This document shows, one piece after another, positions 30,334 to 38,801 of a stretch of 64,000 bases of DNA. The notes under the pieces are model-generated. The model saw nothing but the letters and a program-made list of their open reading frames with translations, was not told the DNA's origin and made no database searches. Source of the DNA: an uncultured Clostridium sp. (GTDB lineage Bacteria; Bacillota_I; Bacilli_A; RF39; UBA660); assembly GCA_902493795.1 (NCBI GenBank), contig CABUQZ010000001.1, positions 104,963-168,962 of the forward strand, read 5' to 3'. The first letter of the stretch is position 1, and every line of letters starts with the position of its first letter. Both the position numbers and the translations under genes were made by a program.

Positions 30334-30753
30334 ATGGAAATTAACCAAAAATTAAAGAATGCTAGAATCAATATGAATTTAACTCAAGAAGATGTTGCTG
30401 AGAAAATTATGATTTCAAGACAAACTATATCCAACTGGGAAAATGGAAAATCATTACCAGACATAATGAGTATTATAAATCTAAGTGAACTTTATCAAAT
30501 AAGTTTAGATGAACTATTAAAAGGTGATTTAAAGCTGAGAGAAAAAATTAATAAGGATGTAAATAATGCGAAAAATAATGAAAAACTAATATTAACAACA
30601 GCAATTATAATTTTTGTGGTTATGTTGATTTATACAATTAGTAAGGTTATTGGTGGTCCATTTTCTGATTTTTGCAAAGAAGCGATAACTTGGGTATTAG
30701 GTGGAATTGCTCTTGCATTTGCTATGGCATATTTAAATTCTAAAAATAAATAA
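30334..30753 (+). CDS. XRE-family HTH regulator with C-terminal TM segments
   Basis: 'LTQEDVAEKIMISRQTISNWENGKSLPDIMSIINLSELYQISLDELL' and two C-terminal hydrophobic helices. AGGAGG RBS. Confidence 0.75.
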   Translation: MEINQKLKNARINMNLTQEDVAEKIMISRQTISNWENGKSLPDIMSIINLSELYQISLDELLKGDLKLREKINKDVNNAKNNEKLILTTAIIIFVVMLIYTISKVIGGPFSDFCKEAITWVLGGIALAFAMAYLNSKNK

Positions 30754-30772
30754 CAAATTACAAGTATACTTT

Positions 30773-30810
30773 AAGATGTAAATAATTTAATATTTATATC
30801 TTATTTTTTT
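30773..30810 (+). terminator. AT-rich rho-independent terminator
   Basis: 12-bp stem AAGATGTAAATA / TATTTATATCTT followed by ATTTTTTT. Confidence 0.5.
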
Positions 30811-31002
30811 ATGTTAAATTATTTACCAAGAGTTTAAGTGAGAACGGCAAATTACAGAGGTCATAGAATCTAACAAATTGACAGTTCAGCTTTTATTTCT
30901 ATTATTAATTTAGTTTAAGATAGTGAGGTCGTAGAATCTATATAACAAGCTTGATGAAATAATGGTGGAAACAAGAGACTTAAATTCAGAAAGGAGTAAA
31001 TA

Positions 31003-32205
31003 ATGAAATCAGTATTAAGTGTTGATGTAGCTAAAGGAAAAAGTATGATAATGTTATCTACTGAATATGGAGAAGTATTGATTGAACCTAAAGAGATAAA
31101 ACATAATTTTCGTGATTTTAATGAATTAAAAGATAAAATTGAAAGTTTTAATTTAGAAGATTTAACTATTTTCATGGAATCAACAGGAATATATCATTTG
31201 CCAGTAGAAAGATATTTTAAAGAAAATAATTTTAATACATTAGTAATTAATAGTTTAACGACCAAAAATAATTATGATACATTAAGGAAAACAAAAACTG
31301 ATACAAAAGATTGTATGAGATTAGCTAAATTATTTTTCGTAAATGAAGTAGAATATCATGATTTGTCTAAAAAAGATTTATATGCTAATTTGAAAGCAAT
31401 GACAAGACAATATTTTTATCTAACTCAATTAAATGTGAGTTGTAAAAATAGATATAAAAGACTTATAAATATATGTTTTCCAGAATTTGAAGAAATATTT
31501 AAAGGCAGCAGAATATATGAAGAAACAGCATTAAACTTTATTAAAACCTTTCCTCATGCTTATATAGTAAAAGAAAAAAGAATAGATGCATTATACAATA
31601 ATTTGTATAAAACTAATTCTAGACATGATTATTATTATAAGAGGTTAGCAAACAAAATCAAAGATATAGCAGTTAATTCATATCCAGGTGTCGATAAAGA
31701 TCATTCGGATGTAAAGAACTTATCTGATATGGCTGCTATTTTACAAGAGAATATTAAGACAATAAATGAATTAAAAGAAAAGATGATAAAAACTGCAAAA
31801 GAGTCACCTTACTTCGATATAATTAATTCTTTTTACGGGATAGGAGAAGTATTAACAACCGAATTATTAGGTGAATTAGGTGATATAACAAGATTTGATA
31901 ATCATAGACAATTAATTGCTTTCTGTGGTTTAGATCCAACAATAATTCAATCTGGGAAAAGTATAAACGTGCATGGAACTATTTCTAAACGTGGAAATAA
32001 ATATGCAAGATGGATATTATTTAATATTAGTCAAATAGTAGTTAAGTTAGGGCATCAATGTCCTGGACACCCCGTATATGATTATTATTTAACAAAAAAA
32101 GCAGAAGGTAAACATTATTATGAAAACCTAACTGCTTGCTCTACAAAAATATTAAGAATGTTATATACAATGTGCAAAAATAATACAACATTCAAAATAA
32201 ATTAA
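31003..32205 (+). CDS. IS110-family DEDD transposase/recombinase
   Basis: N-terminal 'LSVDVAKGKS' and 'MESTGIYH' (DEDD/RuvC-like). C-terminal 'FYGIGEVLTTELLGELGDITRF..AFCGLDPTIIQSGKS..ISKRGNKYAR' (Transposase_20 domain). Confidence 0.85.
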   Translation: MKSVLSVDVAKGKSMIMLSTEYGEVLIEPKEIKHNFRDFNELKDKIESFNLEDLTIFMESTGIYHLPVERYFKENNFNTLVINSLTTKNNYDTLRKTKTDTKDCMRLAKLFFVNEVEYHDLSKKDLYANLKAMTRQYFYLTQLNVSCKNRYKRLINICFPEFEEIFKGSRIYEETALNFIKTFPHAYIVKEKRIDALYNNLYKTNSRHDYYYKRLANKIKDIAVNSYPGVDKDHSDVKNLSDMAAILQENIKTINELKEKMIKTAKESPYFDIINSFYGIGEVLTTELLGELGDITRFDNHRQLIAFCGLDPTIIQSGKSINVHGTISKRGNKYARWILFNISQIVVKLGHQCPGHPVYDYYLTKKAEGKHYYENLTACSTKILRMLYTMCKNNTTFKIN

Positions 32206-32238
32206 CAAATTAATTTTAACATATATATAATTACATTA

Positions 32239-32277
32239 CACGAAAAAAATTAAAAAAACGCATATTTTCGTGTTTTT
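32239..32277 (+). terminator. Putative terminator after the transposase
   Basis: CACGAAAA ... TTTTCGTG 8-bp stem (large loop) followed by TTTTT. Confidence 0.4.
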
Positions 32278-32327
32278 AGTCGTGGTATAATATTAATATA
32301 AATTTAGTGTTGACAAAACTTAGATAG

Positions 32328-32396
32328 TCAAATTTCTAATATATTTTCTTTATTTCTTGCTCTACCTGCTATAAAAAACTCATATTTCATTTCCAT
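32328..32396 (-). pseudogene. 22-codon ORF with strong RBS, possibly the 5' stump of a gene truncated at the IS boundary
   Basis: AGGAGA-8 nt-ATG, then MEMKYEFFIAGRARNKENILEI and a stop. It ends where the IS110 right flank begins. Confidence 0.2.
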
Positions 32397-32596
32397 AATT
32401 TAATTCTCCTTACAAATAAAAAAAATAACATATAAAATATTGTAACAAATTTAGAAAAATAATAATATAAAAATAAGTCAAATTTATTTTTATAAAAAAA
32501 TCAAAAATATATCAATTTGGAAGAGCACTTGAATTAATTCAATATAAAAATATTCTTTATATTTAAAAAGAAATAAATATTAGAATTGTTTGGGAC

Positions 32597-32619
32597 CAAA
32601 AAAAGAGACCAATGTCTCT
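32597..32619 (-). terminator. Rho-independent terminator closing the tRNA operon
   Basis: Minus strand: AGAGAC-attg-GTCTCT followed by T7, directly after tRNA-Pro. Confidence 0.6.
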
Positions 32620-32632
32620 CTATTACATAAAA

Positions 32633-32709
32633 TGGTCGGGAAGACAGGATTTGAACCTGCAACCCCTTGGTCCCAAACCAAGTGCTCTACCAAATTGAGC
32701 CACTTCCCG
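32633..32709 (-). tRNA. tRNA-Pro (UGG)
   Basis: Cloverleaf read by eye: CGGGAAG acceptor, anticodon loop tTTGGga, GGTTCAAATCC T-arm, encoded CCA. Confidence 0.9.
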
Positions 32710-32739
32710 ATAAATGATTGATTCAAATAAATTTAAAAA

Positions 32740-32816
32740 TGGTGCGCCCGAAGGGATTCGAACCCCTGACCTTTTGGTTCGTAGCCAAACACTCTATCCA
32801 GCTGAGCTACGAGCGC
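32740..32816 (-). tRNA. tRNA-Arg (ACG)
   Basis: GCGCTCGTAGCTCAGCTGGATAGAG..., anticodon loop CTACGAA, encoded CCA. Confidence 0.9.
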
Positions 32817-32838
32817 GTGGATACAAATTTAATAAAAA

Positions 32839-32914
<76 letters not shown>

Positions 32915-32919
32915 ATAAA

Positions 32920-32995
32920 TGGCGGTTTCGACGGGGATTGAACCCGCGATCTTCTGCGTGACAGGCAGACGTGTTAACCACTGCACTACGAAACC
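32920..32995 (-). tRNA. tRNA-Asp (GUC)
   Basis: GGTTTCGTAGTGCAGTGGTTAACAC..., anticodon loop CTGTCAC, encoded CCA. Confidence 0.9.
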
Positions 32996-32996
32996 A

Positions 32997-33072
<76 letters not shown>

Positions 33073-33090
33073 ATAAATAAAAATTAAAAT

Positions 33091-33183
33091 TGGCGGAGGA
33101 AAAGGGATTCGAACCCCTGCGCCGATTGCTCGACCTCCCGGTTTTCAAGACCGGTCCCTTCAACCAGACTTGGGTATTCCTCC
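33091..33183 (-). tRNA. tRNA-Ser (UGA), long variable arm
   Basis: GGAGGAATACCCAAGTCTGG..., anticodon loop CTTGAAA, type II variable arm, encoded CCA. Confidence 0.9.
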
Positions 33184-33188
33184 ATTAG

Positions 33189-33277
33189 TGGTGCCTAAGG
33201 CCGGACTTGAACCGGCACGAGCTTTAACACTCGCAGGATTTTAAGTCCTGTGCGTCTACCTATTCCGCCACTCAGGC
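33189..33277 (-). tRNA. tRNA-Leu (UAA), long variable arm
   Basis: GCCTGAGTGGCGGAATAGGTAGACGC..., anticodon loop CTTAAAA, type II variable arm, encoded CCA. Confidence 0.9.
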
Positions 33278-33411
33278 AACAGTCTTTTTTGTTAAGACTA
33301 TTAAATTATATAACATATATTTCTTTAAATCAAGTATTTTTTTACAAATGTTAGATTTTACTATTCAAAAAAGTACTTTTGATACAATTATATATATATT
33401 ATACAAAATTG

Positions 33412-33436
33412 TAAAAATAAAAGGCACGCCGTGCCT
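33412..33436 (-). terminator. Putative terminator between the two tRNA sub-clusters
   Basis: Minus strand: AGGCAC-ggc-GTGCCT followed by TTTATTTTT. Confidence 0.4.
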
Positions 33437-33447
33437 AATATACAAAA

Positions 33448-33523
33448 TGGTGTCCCGTTGGAGATTCGAACTCCAGACCCTTTGATTAAAAGTCAAATGC
33501 TCTACCGACTGAGCTAACGGAAC
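33448..33523 (-). tRNA. tRNA-Lys (UUU)
   Basis: GTTCCGTTAGCTCAGTCGGTAGAGC..., anticodon loop CTTTTAA, encoded CCA. Confidence 0.9.
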
Positions 33524-33527
33524 ATAA

Positions 33528-33602
33528 TGGCTGCCTCGGCTAGATTCGGACTAGCGCATGCGAGAGTCAAAGTCTCGTGCCTTACCGCTTGGCTACGAGG
33601 CA
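33528..33602 (-). tRNA. tRNA-Gln (UUG)
   Basis: TGCCTCGTAGCCAAGCGGTAAGGC..., anticodon loop CTTTGAC, U1-A72, encoded CCA. Confidence 0.9.
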
Positions 33603-33608
33603 AACACA

Positions 33609-33692
33609 TGGTGGAGAGAGATGGAATCGAACCATCGAACCCGAAGGAACAGATTTACAGTCTGCCGCGTTTAGCCTCTTCGCTACCTCTCC
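33609..33692 (-). tRNA. tRNA-Tyr (GUA), long variable arm
   Basis: GGAGAGGTAGCGAAGAGGCTAAACGC..., anticodon loop CTGTAAA, encoded CCA. Confidence 0.9.
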
Positions 33693-33698
33693 AAAAAA

Positions 33699-33774
<76 letters not shown>

Positions 33775-33782
33775 ACTAAATA

Positions 33783-33859
33783 TGGTGGAGGATATAGGAC
33801 TCGAACCTATGACCCCCTGCTTGTAAGGCAGGTGCTCTAACCAACTGAGCTAATCCTCC
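33783..33859 (-). tRNA. tRNA-Val (UAC)
   Basis: GGAGGATTAGCTCAGTTGGTTAGAGC..., anticodon loop CTTACAA, encoded CCA. Confidence 0.9.
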
Positions 33860-33896
33860 AAAATTCATTTTCTGTGTCATCGATTTGACAATATAA

Positions 33897-33925
33897 AATA
33901 TAACATTTATAAATCAATTTGTCAA
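33897..33925 (-). promoter_or_regulatory. Sigma-A promoter for the tRNA operon (TTGACA-17-TATATT)
   Basis: Minus strand: TTGACA (33925-33920), a 17-nt spacer, TATATT (33902-33897). It lies about 40 nt upstream of tRNA-Val. Confidence 0.5.
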
Positions 33926-33934
33926 CAAAAAAAG

Positions 33935-34294
33935 TTATAAATTGTTATTTTTGTTTATTTTATTATATTTTTCATTAATCCATTCAGGTAACTTGCTTTG
34001 TAAGGTATCAAATCCATGCCTTGTCTCCCTTATTTTACCACTACAACCACACTTATAATTTATATTCTTAATAGATAATTTAACCTGATGATTATCGTCA
34101 TTAACATCTATAACTTTAACTTTTATCTCTTCTCCTATTGTTGCGTAATCGGCAACATTTCTTACAAAATCAGGAGAAATTTCAGAAATATGTATGAGCC
34201 CAGTATAATAATCATCTAAATTAATAAAAATTCCATAAGGCTCTATACCAGTAACATAACCAGTTACTATATCATCCTTAACATACTTATTCAT
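33935..34294 (-). CDS. S1 RNA-binding domain protein (YabR/GSP13-like)
   Basis: 'GYVTGIEPYGIFINLDDYYTGLIHISEIS..FV.NV......GEEIKVKVIDVN' S1 OB-fold. ATG at 34294 follows a GAGGGTG RBS. Confidence 0.7.
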   Translation of the reverse strand: MNKYVKDDIVTGYVTGIEPYGIFINLDDYYTGLIHISEISPDFVRNVADYATIGEEIKVKVIDVNDDNHQVKLSIKNINYKCGCSGKIRETRHGFDTLQSKLPEWINEKYNKINKNNNL

Positions 34295-34393
34295 TAATAC
34301 ACCCTCGAAAAGAATTATATCAGCAAAAATGGAAATAATCAAATATTCTTTACTTAAGAATAAATGAATATTATAATTAAACTGGTGATTAAA

Positions 34394-34621
34394 ATGGATA
34401 TTGAAAAAAAAATTATAGACGAAATTGAAAGATTAAAGCCATATTTACAAAGTGATGGTGGAAATATTGAATATGTAAAATATGAAGATGGCAAAGTTTA
34501 TGTTAAACTTACTGGAGCATGTGCAGGATGTTCCTTAATAGATGTCACTCTAAAAGAAGGAATAGAAGAAATTTTAACAAGTGAAATACCAGAAGTCAAA
34601 GAAGTTATCAAAGTAGATTAA
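34394..34621 (+). CDS. NifU C-terminal-domain (Nfu/YutI-like) Fe-S scaffold protein
   Basis: 'LQSDGGNIEYV......V.VKLTGACAGCS' CxxC motif; about 75 aa. Confidence 0.8.
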   Translation: MDIEKKIIDEIERLKPYLQSDGGNIEYVKYEDGKVYVKLTGACAGCSLIDVTLKEGIEEILTSEIPEVKEVIKVD

Positions 34622-35459
34622 TTATATAATCCATTAAAGACATATCTATTATATGTCTTTTTTTTATTTCAGCAAAAATAGACTTTAATAGCAAAATATA
34701 TTTATCAACTTTTGAGTCTATACTTAATGTTTTTAATCTAAGATCATTATCATTATTAATAAAAAGATCAAAGTAAAAATTAGGATATAACAACCTACAT
34801 CCCAAAAACATATAATCATTAGCATTTAATTTTAAATTAAAAATTGAATTAAAATCTACATACGAATTTCCATTCACAAAAAAATCATATTTTATAAATT
34901 CAGATATATTATAAACAATTGGACCATTTTTTACATTAGATGGATCATATAAAGTTTCAAAACAGGCAAAACAATTGTTTTTTTTGACACAATAACCATA
35001 AGTTAAATTATCAAAATTTACATTTTTTGAAAAAATCAAAGACATTTCAGCCATACCTAAATAATAATCATAGTTTAAATCACTAAATCTATATTTACTA
35101 TCAAAATAATTTTCCAAATATTGATTCTTTCTTAACCATAATTGTGAATAATTTATTTTATCAGCATTATAAGTGAAAATAGGAATAGACATATTTATTA
35201 CATTATAAAGCGAAACAGTATTACTCCTAAAATCATGAACCTGAAAAAGTATATATAAATTATTGTTATAAATTGTATAAATTGAATTAAATTTATTACT
35301 AATTATTTTATGAAAAAAAGTAGGATAATTATAAGAAAATAAACTTTCATTAATCATTGCATTTTTTCTAAGTACATATTTTTTATCATTATAAATAAAA
35401 GTCATATTATTTTCACTGCAATAGACAATATCGTCTAAATCAAATATATTATAAAGCAT
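34608..35459 (-). CDS. Hypothetical protein, possibly CotS/YutH-like spore-coat kinase-fold (start ambiguous between 35459 and 35483)
   Basis: Positioned next to a yutI-like gene, as yutH is in B. subtilis. It is N/Y/F-rich and I could not verify clear kinase motifs. Confidence 0.3.
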   Translation of the reverse strand: MLYNIFDLDDIVYCSENNMTFIYNDKKYVLRKNAMINESLFSYNYPTFFHKIISNKFNSIYTIYNNNLYILFQVHDFRSNTVSLYNVINMSIPIFTYNADKINYSQLWLRKNQYLENYFDSKYRFSDLNYDYYLGMAEMSLIFSKNVNFDNLTYGYCVKKNNCFACFETLYDPSNVKNGPIVYNISEFIKYDFFVNGNSYVDFNSIFNLKLNANDYMFLGCRLLYPNFYFDLFINNDNDLRLKTLSIDSKVDKYILLLKSIFAEIKKRHIIDMSLMDYIINLL

Positions 35460-35525
35460 TAGAACTTCTTTAATAATTATCACCTATTATTAAATATGCA
35501 AACAAAAAAAAAGCATACATAAGAA

Positions 35526-38072
35526 TTATGCAGCTTTTGATTTTTGTAATAAATCTTCATTATATCTTAAGAAATCAAAATCAGATGACTCCAATTGACT
35601 CTTCAAAGAATTTAAAGCATCACGTCTTTCAAGAATGTTTGAAGACATACCTCTTAAACGAATAGACATATTACTAATTTGAGCTTGTCTTAATTTAATT
35701 GGTTTAGATGCTGAAACAATATTTCCATATCTATCATTATAATCAATAACTTCGAAACTAGGTTTAGAATCGTTACTTAAAGTTGTACTTGAAGGTGCAG
35801 AAACAACTTGAGGTTCTACTACAGCAGATGTTTCTGATACAACTTGAGGTTCAGTAGTAACTTGAGTTTCAGCAACAACTTGTACTTCAGTGGCATTTTG
35901 AACTTCAGCATTAGAATTGTTAAATAAAATTCTAGCTTGTTCACTTGCCCCCTCAATTAACTGACTTTGTTCTTCCTTAGCTACAATCTCTCTTGCTTGA
36001 CTATCAGCATCTTCAAGTAATTGTGCACGTTCTTCCTTAGCAATAATAGACTTAGCTTGTTCAAAAGCACCATTTAATAAATCAGCTCTCTCATTATTAG
36101 CTTGAATTTGTCTAGCTTGTTCTTGTGCCCCTACAACTAAATCATCATCATCAGTTGTACTTTGATATACAATCTGAGCAGCCAATGCTTCCATTACACC
36201 AGCTTCTTTAGGTATATCGCTTAACATTTGCGCTTGCTCATTTGCACCATTTTTTAATTCAAGTCTTTCATTTTCATCTAATAACATTCTTGCTTGTTGA
36301 TTAGCAGATCCCATTATTTCTAAATAATCATTAGTAGCTTGTAATCTATAAGCCTCTTTCTTTGCACTATCTAATATTTCATCATGTTCTTCTTTAGCAA
36401 CAATTTCTTTTGCTTGCTCTAAAGCTCCATCTATCAATTCAGCTCTTTCATTTTCTTTTTGTAACATTTGAGCTTGCTCTAACGCACCAGCTAATATTTT
36501 TTCTCTCTCATCTTCTTGAGCTTTATTTAGTGCATCTTGCATCTCCATATAATCATATAGAGTTTTTAGCATACGCGCTTGTTCTTCTGCACCTTTTTTT
36601 ATTTCTTCAAGTTCTTGTCCTTGCTGAATCATATGAGCTTGTTCATTTGCCCCATCAAGAATCTCTCTATGTTCTTCTTCCTGTTGAATCATTCTAGCTT
36701 GAGCCCTAGCTCCTTCAACAAGTTCAACTCTTTCGTTTTTTTTCTGTAATAATACTGCCTGCTCGTCTGCATCTTTAACTAATTTATCATGTTCTTCATT
36801 TGCCTTTTGAAGCATTTCAGCCTGTTTTAATGCACCAACTGACATTAAAGTATCATCTACTTCTGCTTTGACTGGTTCCACATCATCAGAATCCAATAAA
36901 TCAACAGCAGTTGATTGTGCTGCTACTCTTTCATTGTCTTTTCTTTCAGCTTCCATAACTTTTTTATATGAATCTGGTTGGTTAAATGAGTAAAGTACAT
37001 CTTTATGTCTTAACTCATCAATAGTGCTAGAAACATCTGGATCAGAATAATATTCTTGCATATCTTCTTCCATTGCCCTATGTTCTTCTTCACTAACAGG
37101 TTCTTTATATCCAACTAAATGTTCGATCAAATCTTGAAATTCAGTATTATTCTTTGGTGCTACAGGAGCAGTCTTTTTCTTAGCAATTTCGTCAACTCCT
37201 GACAAACTTGAAAGCATACTTAATAAGCTTTCTTCCCTTTCAAACAATCCAGCACTAAAAGGAGAACCAATACCGCTAGAACTTTCTTGTAATCTTCTAA
37301 CTTCTTGAAGTTCATCACCTAGTTGTCCCATCATTTTTCTATGAGATAATTCTTCTTGAGATAATCCTTTAGTTTCAATCAAAACAGGTTCAAGTTCTTC
37401 TTCATCCTGATTTGCCTTACCATCCATTGCAACAACAACATCATCTTTCTTACTAGTTTCTACACCATCAAAAAGACTTCTCCAATTTGCAACAGGACTT
37501 TCTTCTAAAGTCTCATCAGCTGAAGGATCAACAGCAACTACTTTATCTGCCAACTTATATAAATCTGAATTATTTAAAATTACCTTATAAATCTTTGAAT
37601 AAATACGAGGTACACTCAAAGCTTTAGGGATAAATCTTTCCCTTACATTAACACCATAGTTTTTTCCAAGAGTACCAAATCTACCTTGTAACTTATTTAC
37701 TTCAATAGAAAGATCTGATAAACGTGGTTTGGTAACATCACTAGCTGTAATAGCAGCTACAGTATTATCCTCAAGAATTCTAGCATTTCTTTGTTCTTCT
37801 TCTTGAGACTTTGAACCATTAAGAACACTATCCCTAGCCTCTTGTTCTGCTGCTGCAGTCTCCACACTTACAATAGCATTGCGTAACTCTGTATAAACAC
37901 TATTATATTTTGCAATGCATGTATCAATCTTATTTTCATCAATGTTTTTCTTTAAAGAAAGAGCAGTTGCTGGTGTTAATCTAACTTTACTTGCAACTCT
38001 ACCTATGATACGTTCAATTCTTTTTCCTTTTAAAGTCGCAAATAAATTTGTTTGCTCCAAAACATTGTTCAT
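35526..38072 (-). CDS. 848-aa repeat protein of unknown function (about 15 tandem 20-aa A-x-EQA-type helical repeats)
   Basis: Uninterrupted long ORF with a GGAGGTGG RBS. The internal periodicity is visible in the translation. No signal peptide was seen. Confidence 0.6.
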   Translation of the reverse strand: MNNVLEQTNLFATLKGKRIERIIGRVASKVRLTPATALSLKKNIDENKIDTCIAKYNSVYTELRNAIVSVETAAAEQEARDSVLNGSKSQEEEQRNARILEDNTVAAITASDVTKPRLSDLSIEVNKLQGRFGTLGKNYGVNVRERFIPKALSVPRIYSKIYKVILNNSDLYKLADKVVAVDPSADETLEESPVANWRSLFDGVETSKKDDVVVAMDGKANQDEEELEPVLIETKGLSQEELSHRKMMGQLGDELQEVRRLQESSSGIGSPFSAGLFEREESLLSMLSSLSGVDEIAKKKTAPVAPKNNTEFQDLIEHLVGYKEPVSEEEHRAMEEDMQEYYSDPDVSSTIDELRHKDVLYSFNQPDSYKKVMEAERKDNERVAAQSTAVDLLDSDDVEPVKAEVDDTLMSVGALKQAEMLQKANEEHDKLVKDADEQAVLLQKKNERVELVEGARAQARMIQQEEEHREILDGANEQAHMIQQGQELEEIKKGAEEQARMLKTLYDYMEMQDALNKAQEDEREKILAGALEQAQMLQKENERAELIDGALEQAKEIVAKEEHDEILDSAKKEAYRLQATNDYLEIMGSANQQARMLLDENERLELKNGANEQAQMLSDIPKEAGVMEALAAQIVYQSTTDDDDLVVGAQEQARQIQANNERADLLNGAFEQAKSIIAKEERAQLLEDADSQAREIVAKEEQSQLIEGASEQARILFNNSNAEVQNATEVQVVAETQVTTEPQVVSETSAVVEPQVVSAPSSTTLSNDSKPSFEVIDYNDRYGNIVSASKPIKLRQAQISNMSIRLRGMSSNILERRDALNSLKSQLESSDFDFLRYNEDLLQKSKAA
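35913..36836 (-). repeat. Coding tandem repeat array, 60-nt (20-aa) period, about 15 degenerate units
   Basis: Example units: GALEQAQMLQKENERAELID / GALEQAKEIVAKEEHDEILDS / ANQQARMLLDENERLELKNG / AQEQARQIQANNERADLLNG / ADSQAREIVAKEEQSQLIEG. A short (E)xQVV(S/A)ET-type repeat follows. Confidence 0.65.
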
Positions 38073-38104
38073 AAGGCCACCTCCATTTATTTAAGTAAAT
38101 AAAA

Positions 38105-38386
38105 TTATTGTTGTTGTTCAACAGGTTTTGATAATTCTTTCAAAACATTCTTAATTCTTGTCCACTCTTCTTCACTATCTACGCTTCCTAATCTTGGATC
38201 TCCTCCATCAGCTCTATCTACTGATGCAACATAAATAGTTACATTTCCCTTATCATCTGTTTCATTTTTTGTATAGACCATATATTCTGTATTAGTATCC
38301 GTAAATTTAAAAGATAACAAAACTTCTACTTCGTCGATTGATCCATCTTCAAGCACAATTGACATTATCTTTTTCTCATCATCCAT
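38105..38386 (-). CDS. DUF1292-family small acidic protein
   Basis: 'IVLEDGSIDEVEVLLSFKF..TNTEYMVYT' pattern typical of DUF1292 (YrzB-like). Confidence 0.6.
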   Translation of the reverse strand: MDDEKKIMSIVLEDGSIDEVEVLLSFKFTDTNTEYMVYTKNETDDKGNVTIYVASVDRADGGDPRLGSVDSEEEWTRIKNVLKELSKPVEQQQ

Positions 38387-38452
38387 AAATAGCCTCCTTA
38401 TTCTTCATATTACCATTTTACCACATTTGCATTTCTTTTCAATATCATTTAT

Positions 38453-38734
38453 TTATTTTTTTACTTTTTCAATTAAAAAATATTTGCAGCCATACGAACA
38501 GTAATTTTTTATATATTCTTCTAAATAATTTAAAGAATTAATTTTTGTTGCCTTCTTATTATTTTTATTATAAAAACCTTTTAATCTTAATTTTCCATAA
38601 GAATAATCGCCAAAAATATAATCATAAGGTTGAAAATAATCTGTAGCAAGTGAAGATACCTCTTCTATATTAAAAACATTATTTTCATCTTTTACAACAT
38701 TATACGCTTCATCAAATAATTTTACTTGTTTCAT
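38453..38734 (-). CDS. YutD-like (DUF1027) protein
   Basis: 'YDYIFGDYSYGKLRLKGFY' matches the YutD family core; about 90 aa. Confidence 0.6.
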   Translation of the reverse strand: MKQVKLFDEAYNVVKDENNVFNIEEVSSLATDYFQPYDYIFGDYSYGKLRLKGFYNKNNKKATKINSLNYLEEYIKNYCSYGCKYFLIEKVKK

Positions 38735-38801
38735 ATTATCACCTGTAATAATTATAACATACCACTTTCTATATAAGCATACTTTTTTGAGATATTATTA
38801 A

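Larger units (their letters stand above)
30811..32330 (+). mobile_element. IS110-family insertion sequence (ends approximate)
   Basis: DEDD transposase ORF flanked by about 190 nt of upstream and about 125 nt of downstream non-coding sequence. There are no terminal inverted repeats, as is typical for IS110. The ends cannot be fixed from a single copy. Confidence 0.55.

Noticed and set aside
35913-36836. Possible CRISPR-like or non-coding tandem array because of the 60-nt periodicity
   Set aside because: The repeats are in-frame inside an uninterrupted 848-codon ORF and are degenerate at the DNA level. There is no repeat-spacer architecture and no cas genes are present. No CRISPR array was seen anywhere in the window.
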